The notes below the pieces were generated by a model that was not told where the DNA came from, ran no database searches, and saw only the letters and a list, made by a program, of their open reading frames with translations. The position numbers and the translations under genes were made by a program. Positions 12,890 to 27,600 of a DNA stretch of 64,000 nucleotides are shown here, piece by piece. How positions within the stretch are numbered: the stretch's first letter is position 1; the number at the start of each line of letters is the position of its first letter. Origin of the DNA: Mytilus edulis (Eukaryota). The stretch spans positions 47,554,001 to 47,618,000 of the forward strand of contig NC_092346.1 in the NCBI RefSeq assembly GCF_963676685.1. Direction: 5' to 3'.

Positions 12890-13110
12890 TTAATGTGTAA
12901 TCAGGGATTTTCCCGACCGATCTGCAAAATGTTTCTAAAGTATGTCGATAAAATGGCCATGTGATTTCAAATGGTTTAATGTGTAAGTACAAAGAAAGCT
13001 GTGACGTTTATTACATGTGAGATTGATATACTCTATATGACAACGACCTTTTGTGGACTATAAATATTCTTAACACACTTAAGGGATAAGGAAGTGCACA
13101 TTCAAATGTT
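12890..13110 (+). promoter_or_regulatory. Putative promoter of paralog B: kB-like site, CRE-like motif, TATA
   Basis: GGGATTTTCC 12904-12913, TGACGTTTA 13002, TATAAAT 13059, AAGGAAGT 13088. The block aligns with 34211-34431 upstream of paralog C. Confidence 0.6.
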
Positions 13111-15266
13111 AAATCTTCACGTGCAGAATGTTTATGACAAAATTGCTCACACGAAGGTAAAATCCTAAAATTAATCGATTTGCTTCGATCTTTTCATCGT
13201 AGTTTGATTCCCTTTTAAAGAAATCGATCATTTTTCCCATATACATCAGAAAATCTAGATCAAAGCTCATCAGTAATTATAAACATACGAGCAACATTAT
13301 CTTTCTTGTCCTGTGCTCAGCCAGAAGCGAGGTCAAATTTTTTATATTTACTAGCATCGATTATTTTAATTCTTAATACCTAACTAAGCATATATTGCAA
13401 TCTACGTATTTTAAAAGTATGGTCCTGCACATTATTGATACTCATATGTTTGCGTATATAAACTGAATCCGTTTATAATTATATTATATAATTATATATT
13501 ATAATTATAATTACAAAAAATACCGAAGTAAACTCTATAGAAAATTCAAAACAGAGAGTCACTAATTCAAATAACTTTTCAGTCGTTTGGAAATAATGAC
13601 CTATTAATTCTATGTGTTGATCTACGACTTTGAACTAGGGCTTTCATCAATGCAAATACAATGTGATCGCTAATTGATCATTTCGATTAATTAGTCGGTG
13701 GTTAAAATGCCTCTTTCAGCATTATTGGTTAAATTGATAGTCAATTTAAATTTTACACGGGAAAATAGAGTGCCTGAAGAGAACCAACGACCTTCGGTAG
13801 GAAAACTCACAATTATAGTCAATGAAGATTATAGTGGGGCTTACCTAGACGCTGAGTTAAAAGACTTGGAACATTTGGCCACCAATACCCTTAGTTATTT
13901 TCAGAACCCTCCATAATCCCTTTTTTATATATGGCAAGTTCTTCACAACTGAAAGGTCCTTGTGAGGTGATGATTTGATACCCTGCCTCATTCGGATATG
14001 CGTGTCTCAAACCTAACGTTCAGTGGCTGTCGTTTGCAGTTGCCTGTCATGACTTGATTGATTTACTTAAATACTACTAGTTTAGTCTCAGTTTTAGTTT
14101 GTAACCTGGATTTGTTTTCCCGAAATACATTTATGACTTTTGAACAGTAGTATACTACTGTTGCCTTTTTTCAAGAGTCATAACACGTTTAAAATAGTGA
14201 ATAAAGTTTAAACCTGGTTCCAATTCGTGCAACTATGCAATATCTCATTACTTAATATGATAGTTCCGAGATCGTGTTTGTTTCAGTTTGGAAGTTGAAG
14301 AGTCCTATTAATATATATTGATGTATGCACCTGTCCAGTATTTAACATAGTTCAATTTAGCATCGCAATATAACGGACGCCATAATGAGTTGGTTGACCG
14401 TCATGGAATATCTGTTTCATAGATGACAGTAGATATCCAAATATCGTTACTACTATAACGATCCCTTTTCCCGAATGTTTCCTGAAATGAAAAATAACTT
14501 TTATCAACAGCAAGCCCCGCATGAAATTATTTTTTTCCACACGTACGAGAAAATATGAAGATATAATATGAACACTTAATCTAAGCATCTTATTCTATAG
14601 ATGATAATGTCAAACATACATGGGGATCTTTCCATGTCTTGATTTGGACAATTCGCTTGAAACATATTACCTGGTTTGTAACATCTCTATTCTAGTATGG
14701 ATAGACTTTCAACTATGCTCGTATCAATTTGTTTTAATTTCATTTTTAAATAGGAATGCGATATGATTGCGTATGAGACAACTATTCACCAGGATTAAAA
14801 TAAAGTTGTGCTCTGCACTAATAAGAAAAAACATTGGTTTCTCACTAAACAAAATTACAATTGTGCTTAACTCAAAGTTTTTTATTAAACAATTTCAAGT
14901 TTAACTATAATACGTTCCTTTTCTTTTTCACATAACATACGATAAAAAATCAATACGTCAAAGTTGATAATTGATTTTTATCTGGATTTGAAATGATCAA
15001 ATAGTATATATAAGCATGATTTGCACTATGATGATTTACAGCCGTTCAAAGAAAAAATCTACCTTAGCAAATATTTAGTCAGACCTCTTAACACAGTCAT
15101 AGTACTCATTCTTCTTTATTTCAATCTTAATTTTGTAGTATCTACTTATTACATAATATCACTGGTTCTTGTTCCTTCTATCATACAACCGACTTCAGTG
15201 TCATGTGAATAAACTAAAATGCATACTGCATAAATACCACAATAGGTTATTAGATATAGACTTCAA

Positions 15267-15659
15267 ATGGAGCTCCCGAAAGAGAAGATAAGTTTTGAAA
15301 AACGTAATGTTGGTGCATTCGGAAACAGTTCATACAATCAAGAGTATCATTCTCCTCCAGAATGTTGTGGGAAACAGTCAGATTTAAATGGATACTTACA
15401 ACCGATTAACGGAAACGATAATAGAATATCATCTAACCATGATTACTTGATAGTTCAGGGATCCGTAAAAAGTAATGTGCCACCTGATAAAGAGCCAGAT
15501 GAACCTCACAGCTGGCTACACCCCATGAAAAAAGAGAAAAGGGGAGATCACTGTGGAAACGAAAAGGAGTTTAGTGATCTTGATAAATGTCCATATTCAG
15601 TTATAGCAGATTCCAATATAAAGCAGCAAGACGTCAAAGCTTTTCCTCTAATAAAATAT
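15267..15659 (+). CDS. Paralog B coding exon 1: cytoplasmic Tyr-motif tail
   Basis: Homology to 36558-36899 stops at the shared Y|GTAAGT donor. The rest of track ORF 15267..15971 is intron. Confidence 0.85.
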
Positions 15660-18600
15660 GTAAGTGATATAGTAACCCATAGAATGGCGATAGGTTTGTT
15701 TTTACTAAATTATAAAAGGATTTTAAAAAAAGTCATATATCGAAAATTCTTTATGTCTTGGTTTTTTAAATTCCTATCATACTTCATATTAGACCTTTTC
15801 AACATCTCTCGACACCGACTAATGACACCTACAGTGTACAGGTTATATGGATGGGTCGTCTCAAAGACAAAAACCTTCATGATTACAAAATGTATCAATA
15901 CGTTACATATTGGATTGGCGATTATATACTGTCTTGACTATATAGCTTCAGAATATATATCAACCAAATAGATAAATAAATATATGTATCTGTCATATAT
16001 TTGTCTTATTTTGTATGTATTTACACGACATTTCATGTTAAATTGATTAAAATAAATAAAGCAACCATTCTGCATCCTGGTACGCTTCTCTTAAATTTTA
16101 TGATTATGTGAGTCTTTCACCAAATATTTGCCGCAAGTAAATAACGATTAATTTATTGGTGTAAAAGCTTTGATGAAATTTTTCAAAATTTATAAAAAAA
16201 AAAAAAGTAAATACTGGACTGTCCGTATATCCGTATCACACTTGTGAACACGACCAAATTGGTATTTTTCAACCGGTCTTCACCTTAGTTGGTGTACATA
16301 TTCAATTTCTGGATGGATAATCACATATAGATTTTGAAAGTCTAAGGAAAATACCACATCTATTTCGGTTTTTTTTTATCAACGGCGGACTTCTCCGCTT
16401 CAAGATATTTTATTAGAGTTGATGTTTTCATGATGAATTTTGAAGAAAAAAAATATAATTGACTTCTCGTTTTAATGTTACAACATCTAAACAGTACATA
16501 TTTTTTTTTACATACATGTGTAAGGAATCTATATTTCAAGTTGTTAGTTAACACTATAGGTTGCATTTCTGTAAATATTGACAATGCAATTTCCCATAGG
16601 AACTCCCTAAACGGCTAAAACTGTACCACTTTTACTATGAAGTTTTGAATAAAATCTTATCCTAGAATTGAAAGTTCATATGCACTACAATTTTTTCAAA
16701 GGTCAAAATATAGGACTATGCGGCATAATTTCAACGTTTATATGCCCTTAACTTCTCACAGTTTAAACTAACACTAATGTTCTTAACTACCCCTACCTTG
16801 AATATAAGGTTACCACAGATTTCAATATAAACAAATTACACATGTATATTTACTGGTAACATTCCCAAGTTATGTCTCTATGAGATGGAACACAGAGATC
16901 ATAACTTATGGTACCAGTATGTAAACAAAATTAATTTTCTATGAAACATCTGTATTTACAAAGTGCAACCTATAGAGCTCGTTGACATTGCAAAATCAAT
17001 ATGCTCAGTGCTAAGCAGGGGCTTGGAGACCAACGGCTGGTGTCCCGAAAACAACATACCTTTATCCCTTTGTCATAGTGTTCTTCCCCTGTTCCTAAAA
17101 TGACCTTTTGGTTTCTTACAAAAAGTTGATCAAATTTCGTTGATTTTATTTATACACCGTCATTGCTGTATTTTGTTTTGTTTTCAACGGGTCAGAATTT
17201 GTTTCTCTATATCCAATTTGCGGAACAAAGTTTTGTACCTTTTTCAGTTCTTTTTTTTTTTTCGTACTTTAAATTTTTTTATCTCATCTATGACCATACA
17301 TAAGGGATGTTTTGGATCAAAATAAGGAGAAATGGTCTGCTACATTTCCCGGAGGACTGTATTCTCCTTAGAGACAAAGTTTATCCAAATCATCATCCTT
17401 TAGTTACACCATTTACAACACCTCAAATCAATCGTAAGCCATAACATTTGAAAGAAAGAGCAGAAAATTTAATCGCGTGATTGGCGAATACAGAATTCAA
17501 GTGGAACACCAAATTGGTGAATTGAAAATAAATAAAGTATTTAGTACATTATGGAGACACACAAGGCCAAAACTAACAGACATTGTGGAAACATTGGCCG
17601 TCCTTGTCAACAGACATAAAACATTGTTTAATTAGATATCAACTACAATAAAACATGCTTTGTTCTTTTCATTTTCCAAATACCACCAGGACAGCTAGAA
17701 GCTCAACGTCTAAAAAGATCATTTTCTTTATTATTAATTAAAAAAAATCCATGTTATTTGGACTCTGTAGGAAAGTTCTATCATGGTCAATGAAAGCACT
17801 AAAATCAATACTGATTTCAATTTTTTTATTTTTTGAGACGACCCCTCTCATTTTACCTGTTGTAGTCGTTCTCAACTGTAGGTGTCAGGAGATGCCTATT
17901 ATAACAATTCATATTTATACACTTGAATAGTTATGTTTTACTATGAAACAAGTATATATATATATATATATAGATTACTAAAAAATCCAACATTTCCGGT
18001 ATGAATAGTTTTAATTCACTAGTACTTTCATGTTTAAATAACAATCTTCAGGTGAAACTATACATGATTAACGTAACTATGTAACGGTAGGTATGTAACG
18101 TCATAGTTGTCGTTGAGTATATAAAGGGAGATAAATCGTATTACACTTAGTCTATATATAGAAGTATGGAGCGTCATTATTACACAATAGAAAATGCATA
18201 GTTTGCACATTATTACACAATAGAAAATGCATAGTTTGCACATTATTACACAATAGAAAATGCATAGTTTGCACATTATTACACAATAGAAAATGCATAG
18301 TTTGCATTATTACACAATAGAAAGTGCATAGTTTGCAATTATATATATAATATATATATTCCGAAAAAGGTTTCTTTTTAGTAATGTATGCTTGTGATTT
18401 GATGCAGCTAGAAATGAAATCCTCAAACTATAAAATACTTCTTTTTGCAGTATATAGAGCATCAAATAAAGTTTTTCTATTCATTGTCGTAATGTATGCT
18501 CTTCGTGTTTTGGTATGTTATACGCTGTATTTGAAATTTATAGACATACTGTTTACTTATAGGTAGAAGGCCCACTTAACAGTCAAGAGATTGAAACACA

Positions 18601-21600
18601 AAAGGCATTGAAGAGTTCATCTTGTTCACGTTGCAAAATTGTTGCAATTGTTATGATTATAGTCATACTCATGACTGCCGTTGGCCTTGGAGTGTATTTC
18701 CCAATTCTGAGAAATAACAGTAAAGGTCTGTTTATTTTAAGTTGTACATGTATGTTCGTATTCCGAAATAAGAACTTTACTGCTAAGATTGTTTCTAATT
18801 AACACATTTATTGTTTTATTTTTAAAGTACTGATTCGATGTACCTTATTTTTAATTCAGTTCAATTTAAAACGACAATTTTTTTTTTCTTTTTGTGGGGT
18901 TCGTGTTGCTCCATTTTCAGTTTAATAGTCTAGATAAACATTCATGTTTGTTATTTTTTCTTTGACCGTTTAAAAGAGACCTCATAAGAAGATAATTTTC
19001 TAAAAACAAAAAATGATAAATCCTTTTAATACACAAGGCCAAATGATTCATTTTAGATTGATACTAATTTTTATCGATGTAGAATTCTTTAAAAAAAAAA
19101 AAAAAAAAATACCCAACTCCAACGCTGTTTTCTTACCAGCATAAGTTTGCTTTATTACTCATCATCAGCCCAATTACAGATCAGCAATATCCGAAAAGTA
19201 ACACAAATGGATGGTTTCCTTATTTTCCATCTTCCCCTTGTTTTCCTTCTACACTTCCCTCATTTACTTTCAGACGAAAATCTGTCAACGAAATTTTTCA
19301 ACCATATGCATAATTTTTATTCGAACTTTCCCTAGTTCCAACCCCCTCTTTATCAGTTACCGCTCAGTGGCTCCCGATTCCCGCCTACTCAAACCCAATT
19401 TTCCGTATCCAAGCCTATCCCTATTAAATATCAAACACGTAAAATCTTCAAGAAGGACACTAGTCGTGAAATCTAAACTAGATATATATTTAATGGAGAT
19501 TCGTTAGTTGAATTGAAATCAATATTTTTCAAAGGCTGGTCTTCATTGTAATACAACAACTAAATGTTACGAAAATGAATGGGTAGTTCATATGTTTTAT
19601 ATTTCAGAGAAAAACACTTCTTCGTCATTGCCATCAATATCAAACAAAACCATGAATACGTCAACGACTGATCAATATGTTACTTTTGGAACAACAATAC
19701 TCAGTACGGATGCATCAACATATACCACTACAAATTCGGCTGATTTGCTCACAACACCAACACATGATCAGGATATATCATCAGGTACAAGTAAAAATGT
19801 TAACCTACAATATCGATTCATCTTTTCATCTCTTTATTATATGATTTGATTTAAACTTTGTTTGATGACCTTCTTTAGATTTGTGTGTAAAAGTTCAATT
19901 ATCCACAGTTCAACCACGTATAGATTACACTACTGTAAATATATACAATGCAATTTCAAATAGAAGCTCCCTTAACGGCTGAAACGGTTCCACTTTAATT
20001 ATGAAATTTCGTAAAATATTATATCCTAGAATGGAATGATTTGCACTACTATTTTATTCAAAGGTCAAAACATATGGCTGTGCGGTATATTTTCAAAATG
20101 TATATGACCCTAACTTTTAAGAGTTTAAACTGATACTAAAACTCGGCAATACCCCTCCCTTCACTTTGGGTCTTATTCAGAATTCAATTTTCCCCGCCTC
20201 CATGTGTATTCATACTGGTAACATTTCCAAGATATGTCTCTATGTGATGAAACATAGAGATCATATCTGGGAAGTCTTGCATGATTAAAACATTTATATC
20301 TATGAATAGTATATACCACCCAAAAACAGGCGTGGTTTGTGAATCAGCTGTAAGTGCAATATATATATATATATATTTATTCACGGTCGGTTATTGCATG
20401 TAAACCAGTTTTCGTTTGATGAGGTATATCATGTATAACACTAAACGAAGTGTTATATTAATAAATGTTACAAAAATTAATGTGCTTTAAATTGGTTAAT
20501 GTGTCTTGAAATGTAAAACATTTCCATTAGCTATATATGAGGTAATGACGACAATAAAAGGTCATTATGGGCTATTTTTCCTCTGTAGCAAATGATATAT
20601 GGTATATCTTCAAAGACTCGTTGATCATCATATTGTAATTAAACACTTGAGGTGGTAATACTCGTTGTGAAACCTATAAATGTTTTTCATATATAAAGGC
20701 TGTATTTTTTTAGGTATAAACAGCAGTACAAACCATCAATACCGATATTATAATAACATGCAAAAGCCAAGATAAGTTCCTGTCTCTGGTTTGGTACATT
20801 TTTTTCATCATTGCTGTGTGTCAAATGATAGTTCAAATTATAGAATACATTAAAATCATTCTAATTGAAATTAAAATGGATATGGGGAATGTGTCAAAGA
20901 GTCAACAACAAAAGAGCAGACCAAAGAGCAGAAAACAGCCGAAGGCTACCAATAGGTCTATAACAAAGTGAGAAAAATCCCGCACCCGGTGTTGGAAAAT
21001 CTTTGCATGGAATTTACAGGTGTTTGTCTAAACAAAAACAAAGAAAAAAAAACTCTCGTCTGGTGTTTGGGAACTCAAAGCTGAATTTGAACCCATACAA
21101 ACTGCAATGAAGATACATACACTGCATAAAACTATATGAACACACTATTAGGTTACATGTATCATCTTTATATCCTATATCTGCCATTTCAATATAAATA
21201 AAGGCAATAGTAGTATACCGCTGTTCGAAATTCATAAATCGATAGAGAAAAACAAATCCGAGTTACAAACTAAAACTGAGGAAAACGCATCAAATAAAAG
21301 AAAAGAACACAACAGAAACACAACATTAAAATGTAACACACACAGAAACGAACTATAATATAACAATGGCCATTTCCCTGACTTGGTACAAGTCATTTTA
21401 AGATAAAAAAAAAATGGTGGGTTGAACCTGGTTTTGTGTCATGCTAAACCCCCCGCTTTAATGGCAATGTTAATTATAACATTAAAATGACAACATTACA
21501 TGACAGGACGACAATACAAATAAATGGGAGAACATATAGGACAGAGAAACAAACGATTAATAGCCAACAAAAGGTACTTTGTTAAAAAGTTGATACGCCA

Positions 21601-24600
21601 GACGTGCGCCACGTCCACACAAGACTGACCAGAGACGCCCAGATGAACAAAGTTTGAAAGCCAAAACAAGTACAAAGTAAGATATGCTTAGTTTCATATG
21701 GGATGAATTACGGAAAGATCAGTTACAGCGTTATATGTTGTTTTGGAGTACTTATACGAATCTGTCACTCATTCATTCAATCTTGTAAGTTTAAAACAAG
21801 TAAGCATTTTAAATTACAAGTTTGGTCATTTTAATTGCGTGTTTATGTTTCAGTGGAGTGTAAGTGAGCTTTTAATCTTCCGAGGAATAGTATTGTTAGT
21901 CATGCAAATAACGTATCTATTTCTTTTCAGAGAGCAGCTCATCTCAAGCACCAAGTACCACTATACAACCGCACTGTAAGTACATTACTGTATAAAAAGG
22001 ACGGCATATAAAATACGTTAGAGAATATAAGACGATCGTGGCGATTCGACATACATGTAGCTGCATGAAAATTGTGTCTATGCTATCATCTTATCCTTTC
22101 TGATTCCCACTTCACTTTGGATTTCTTTTATATAAGATTTTTATGTCACATATAGATATAAGAAGATGTGGTATGAGTACCAATGAAACAACTCTCCATC
22201 AAAGTCACAATTTGTAAAAAAAAAACATTATAGGTCAAAGCACGGTCTTCAACGCCGAGCCTTGGCTTACAGCGAACAGAAAGCTATAAAGGGCCCCAAA
22301 AATGATTAGTGTAAAACCATTCAAACAGGGAAACCAACTATATAATTATGCAAGACTGGGGTTGATAAGTAATGTGGTCAATTTGAATGACAGTTTAGGA
22401 GGTGGGGCATTGTAATTGAAGGTCCATCTTGTCTCTGATTGTTTGGTGATAATGACATTTGTCAATCATATAAGTATTGTATCAATTACCTAATCAAAAT
22501 GATTTTAAAAAAAGCTTGCACATTAACACACTTTAATGACATACATTCTTGAATGAACTGTTCCAACTAAAGGCAACAATTGTATACCGCTGTTCGAAAT
22601 TCATTAATCGATTGAGAAAAAAAAATCCGGATTACAATTCCAGTCTTTCCAAAAACGAGAAACGAGAAAGACATATCTGTGTTAAAGATTCCCTTTTAGA
22701 TGCTGTCGCTTATAAAGAAGCAACAGTCCAGAAATATAACAGTCGCATATTTGAAATTCGGTTTTGTTTGGCAATATCTTGTCTTTCCTTCAAATTGAGG
22801 TTTTTATTTCAGCCTTTGTATCGCCGTGCTCCTTGCATGAGGATAATCATTACAGCTTTATATTGGTCCAATTGCGTACACTATTTATATAGAATTAAAA
22901 CGAAGGAGACAGTTTTATTTAAAGATGCCTATATTTGTTAAAATTGAATGTTGATATAGTATATGTTGCAATTTGATTAACGTGATTGGTACACCTTATT
23001 CAATTCATTTGGATGAATACATGGATATACAATGTGTATTTTCTGCTTACATTGCATTTTTTATACTTGTCAAATAATGTTTAAAGAAGTGACTAAATAC
23101 TCTGAGGGGACAACTAGAGACTCATATTTCAAGGAGACACTGACAAAGCAATGGCGAAAATATAACAAACATTAAACGTCAAATAACAAAACAGAGCAAC
23201 AAACAATTCCCTATTAACAATATTTCTTTATCCTCTTTGCATAGTCAAAACATGTAGCTTCGTCTTTCTTATCTCAGTTAATTTTCTGTTCTGATCAGGT
23301 CAGAAAAGTGACACTATAAACCTGTCATTTAATTACTTCTGTATAATATCTGTTTATAGTCTGGAAGGACAATGAATTAATGTGCATCACGATGAAGTTC
23401 GAAGTTTAATTCTATTTTTTGTTACTTAATGCCTAAATTGTTTTTAAATTTGCAGACAATGGTAAATAAAATGCATCTTATAATTTCATTTAGGTTCGCC
23501 TACTGGAAATTTGATTTTGCGATTAAATCCTGACCAAATAGCTGATCTAGCAATTTACAGAAATTGGTTGTTGCATACTTGTGAAGCCGACATTGGTTAT
23601 CCAGCAGGCGATATAAGCATTGAAATTATGAAGTCAGGAGACTTAGAATTCAGAAAATTAGATGTAACAATTGAAAGATCAGAGGACAACATTACTTCAT
23701 GCGAAATTCATAGAAAAATAGAGTTTGGAATAGTATTTACATCTGATATGGAGAAAGCTATTATTAGATGCAAAGTAATCAATACATACTTCCCAGACAC
23801 TACGGCCTTCTATTCAAATAATGATACTGTTTCACTTATACCAGGTAAATATGGCTTTTGTATGCAGTTAAATTTTACAAAAAAATAATCCTGGCCAACT
23901 ACATTAAACTATTTTCTGTACGAAAATTTGCAAATGTTTGCAGTTTTATAGAATGGTGTTTTAATCTGATCAAAATATTGACTGTTTACACGATCTGGTG
24001 CGATAATTTCTATGAATTACTATGTATACGGGATGGCAACGAGTACTCGGATACAAGCTCGGAAGACAGAGTACTCAGTCTTCTCATTTGCCTTTTACAA
24101 ATCTTGTGATATTTCTCTTCATATTTCCCTTCACTTAAGTTCCGTTGAAATATCCCCTTCGTAAATCGTAATCAAAATATTATTACAACGTAATTTCATT
24201 ATCCTGAAACTACATTGGTGTTAAGGAAGTGTCATCAATGTCTGTTCCTTCCGATGGCATGTTTTCATGTACAGGACTTGTAGCAAAAATTAGAAAGTCA
24301 AACAGTATATCTTCTGAAGTTGTGGACGAAATCATATCTCTAAACAAGAACAAAATCAAAGTGCCCTGCAGTTAACCCTTCGCAACTGATTAGAGACATT
24401 TGTAACTGTGTTTGTACACGGATCAACACTTTTATATTAATAACTCATCACAAGCCCATACCTTTGTATGTTAATCAAGACTTCTATGCAAACGTTATTT
24501 GTATGAGATAGAATTGAGAAAGGAAATGGGGAATGTGTCAAAGCGACAACAACCCGACCATAGAGCAGACAACAGCCGAAGGCCACCAATGGGTCTTCAA

Positions 24601-27600
24601 TACAGCGAAAAACTCCCGCACCCGTAGGTGTCCTTCACCTTGTCCAAAAAATATGTATACTAGTACAGTGATAATGGACGTCATACTTGTACATTTAAAT
24701 TAATGTGATTAGTAATACTTTGTATTCGAAACTTAATTTTAATTGTTTCATTTACAATTTAAAGAGAAGCGGAGTAAACTGACAACGCCATGGCTAAAAG
24801 GACAAAGACAAACAGACAAACAATAGTACATGAAATTGGGATGTTTCTTGTTAAGTTCATGAACACGGACAGAAACAGAAACTGTAATTATGAGAGGTTA
24901 TTTGTAGAAACGGCGGTCCGTAATTCATTGTTTAATTGTCACAAAAAAGAAGACATAGGGTCAGGTTATGTTTGTAGTCATGCAGTTTTAGTTCTGCAAT
25001 AATATCTTTGTCTTTTGTTAAGACGTCAAGAAATGTCATGATAATATCACGAGGTTTATGAAAGGTAATAACAAAAAAACGCATCCCACCAAAAATCTAA
25101 ACTTTACAATAAACGTTTAAGATTCATCCGAGTACTCGATCACTCGCGAGTATCATGACCGAGTATTCGAGTATTAAATTTCAGATCTTTTTACAAACCT
25201 ATTATATATCTAGGTTTCAATTAAGAGTAGAGAAAATGACGAATATATTCCATTGACGCCTATAACATTGAGTTACGGACATTGAACCAGTTGTCCACAT
25301 TTTCAACGTTTTTGATCTCAATTAAAGTTGTCTCATTTTGGGATTCAAACTACATCTCCTAACTTTAATATCGTAAAACTAGTTTATTTATTGTGTTAAC
25401 TTCTTCAATGTTTTATCTTCATAAGATTGTATATGCATCCAACAGGATGGTTTCATGGTTTTAAGTTTGATTTTATTGCTAAAGCCAAACTCAACATTTG
25501 AATTTGCAGAGTTTCCTATATTTTCAAATACCAATGTCGACGTTAGTATTGATTAATCGGTGTTCCAACACTATTTTTCCATTTTGTGGTGGTCAGTTTT
25601 TATTGGTCGAGGATGCCGGAGTGCCCGGAAAGAACAACAGACGTCGGTAGCACAACTGACATTTCTAGACAATATTCGAGTGCATCTGCCCCGTACGGGA
25701 TTCGAACTCACAAACTCAGTGTTTACGGGCTAGTGACACAGCAGTTCGATTTCTTAGACCAATCGACCATGACCCTTCGACGTTAGTAGCAAATACTAAA
25801 TGTGTTTTAACTCGTTTAAATCGAGATCTAAAAATACAGTGGTCTAGTTTGTAATTATAGCATACGCTCTTCCTTTGTTGTCCACTATTTGGATAATCAA
25901 TTTGATAACACATATTTGTTATATTATATATGTTACTGTGTATTTTTAAGGATAGCTTCGTGGTTTTTTTCTTATTTTTCATTCCAGAGTACTTATTTGT
26001 AACGTCATTTATTCGTTCTAGCAAATGAAAAGTGAAGAGGAAAAATAATTCTAATACGACGTGCTTCTTTCGCTTTGTGAATAAACCCATGCTCTAAAGC
26101 TAATAACATTTGTTTGTACATGCGTATATTGACTACTGCAGAATAATGAATTTTATCAAATTGTCATGCATTTAATATATTTCATTAATTTTAAAACACT
26201 TCTAAACTCTTAAATGATGCACATGTTGTTACTTATTCATTTGTTATGACTGTATTGTGACCTAGATACGACAACCGTTCATGTTGGCTGTTCAAACTCC
26301 TCCCTCTGAAAAATCATATTGCCAGTCGTTTGCTAGTTTAAAACGAGAAAGGGAGGTTCATGGAAGAACCTATACAAACGGGCTACACCTATACACATCG
26401 GACATAGAAATTACCTTAATTGTCCTAATCAGAATCGAAATAATTGATGCAAGGTACTACTTTATTGTAGTTTTAACTATCGCTCGGGCAAAAATAATCA
26501 CGAATATAATGCCTACCCATGTTAAAACTACAATAACGTATAGCTTGCATCAATTATTTCTTAAATCAAATCTTAAACCAATCTAATTTTGAAAATACTC
26601 ATAATTGCCACTGCTTGTTCACGTAATTAAACAACTCATGATAAAACACTCAATCACAAATTAATAAGCATGGTAGGAAATCGTAGCGAAGGCATGATAT
26701 ATTCAAATTTAGGCACATCGTAAACCAGGCGCAAAATGTAGCGTCTGATTCTGTACAGAACCGCTCAAATTGAACTATTTGAATCGCCACTAATTTGAGA
26801 ATACGTTGTACTATTGTCATCAGTGTTACAATGGTAGCTGTTAAAATATTTAGAAAATTATTTTGAAAGAATATTCTATTTGCGAACATAATGATTAATT
26901 GATACTAGTGATCTAATTAAAAACATGAATCTTAAACTATTTGAATTGTCTTCCTTGGAGCACACCAAATTAAGTCGTTCCGTAAAATTGTTTCATTGGA
27001 TTGTTCAATATTTTCCAGCTGATCATATTGTTTAATAATTATTTATTAGTTATGTATATTAAAGATGATACATATCTTTCAGGGGATGCATGTAAAGACA
27101 ACACTGTCTACAAAAGCATTCGTGTACATCCAACAAACTGTCATTATTATATAGAATGCCAACTAAAAGAACCATATGGGCATGCCTGTCATCAAAATCT
27201 TTGTTTTGGAATATATTCTGTTGATACCTGCAACTATTGTAATCTAGTAACATGTCCAAAAACAAGTAAGAAAGACTCTGTTTTATATACAAAACAAAAC
27301 CTTCAAAAAGTTGTGGATGTACAGAAAAACAACGCATTATTTTAATACATACCTTTATTTATAGAAGTATGTAGAATTATTATACTGACTTTTTTCACTG
27401 CAAACAAAATATTTTCGAGAAAAAAAAGTGCATCACTAACGAGTTTTATTTTCAATGAGGAACGCAGAATGTCAAGTTAGCATGTAGAAAGTATCGACCC
27501 ATAAGGTTAACAAGAACTATCTTTAAAAAAGATATCCGACGTATTTAAATTTGAGTATATGTTTAAAACTATAATTTCGATAACCTCCAGAAGCACAATG

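Noticed and set aside
15390-15460. Canonical ITAM/ITIM in the cytoplasmic tail
   Set aside because: The two Tyr are about 17 aa apart, the first is YxxP, and the -2 residues do not fit ITIM. Reported only as generic Tyr motifs.
15660-15971. Hydrophobic C-terminal extension of track ORF 15267..15971
   Set aside because: It lies past a GTAAGT donor conserved in paralog C and has no homolog there, so it is intron read-through. The same applies to the extensions of the other exon-containing ORFs.
18058-18337. Repetitive ORF (MCKLCIFYCVI)n or CRISPR-like array
   Set aside because: A head-to-tail 33-bp minisatellite with no spacers, no cas genes and a eukaryotic context.
25690-25775. tRNA gene
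   Set aside because: A/B-box-like motifs are present but no cloverleaf forms, and the motifs are attached to a SINE core.
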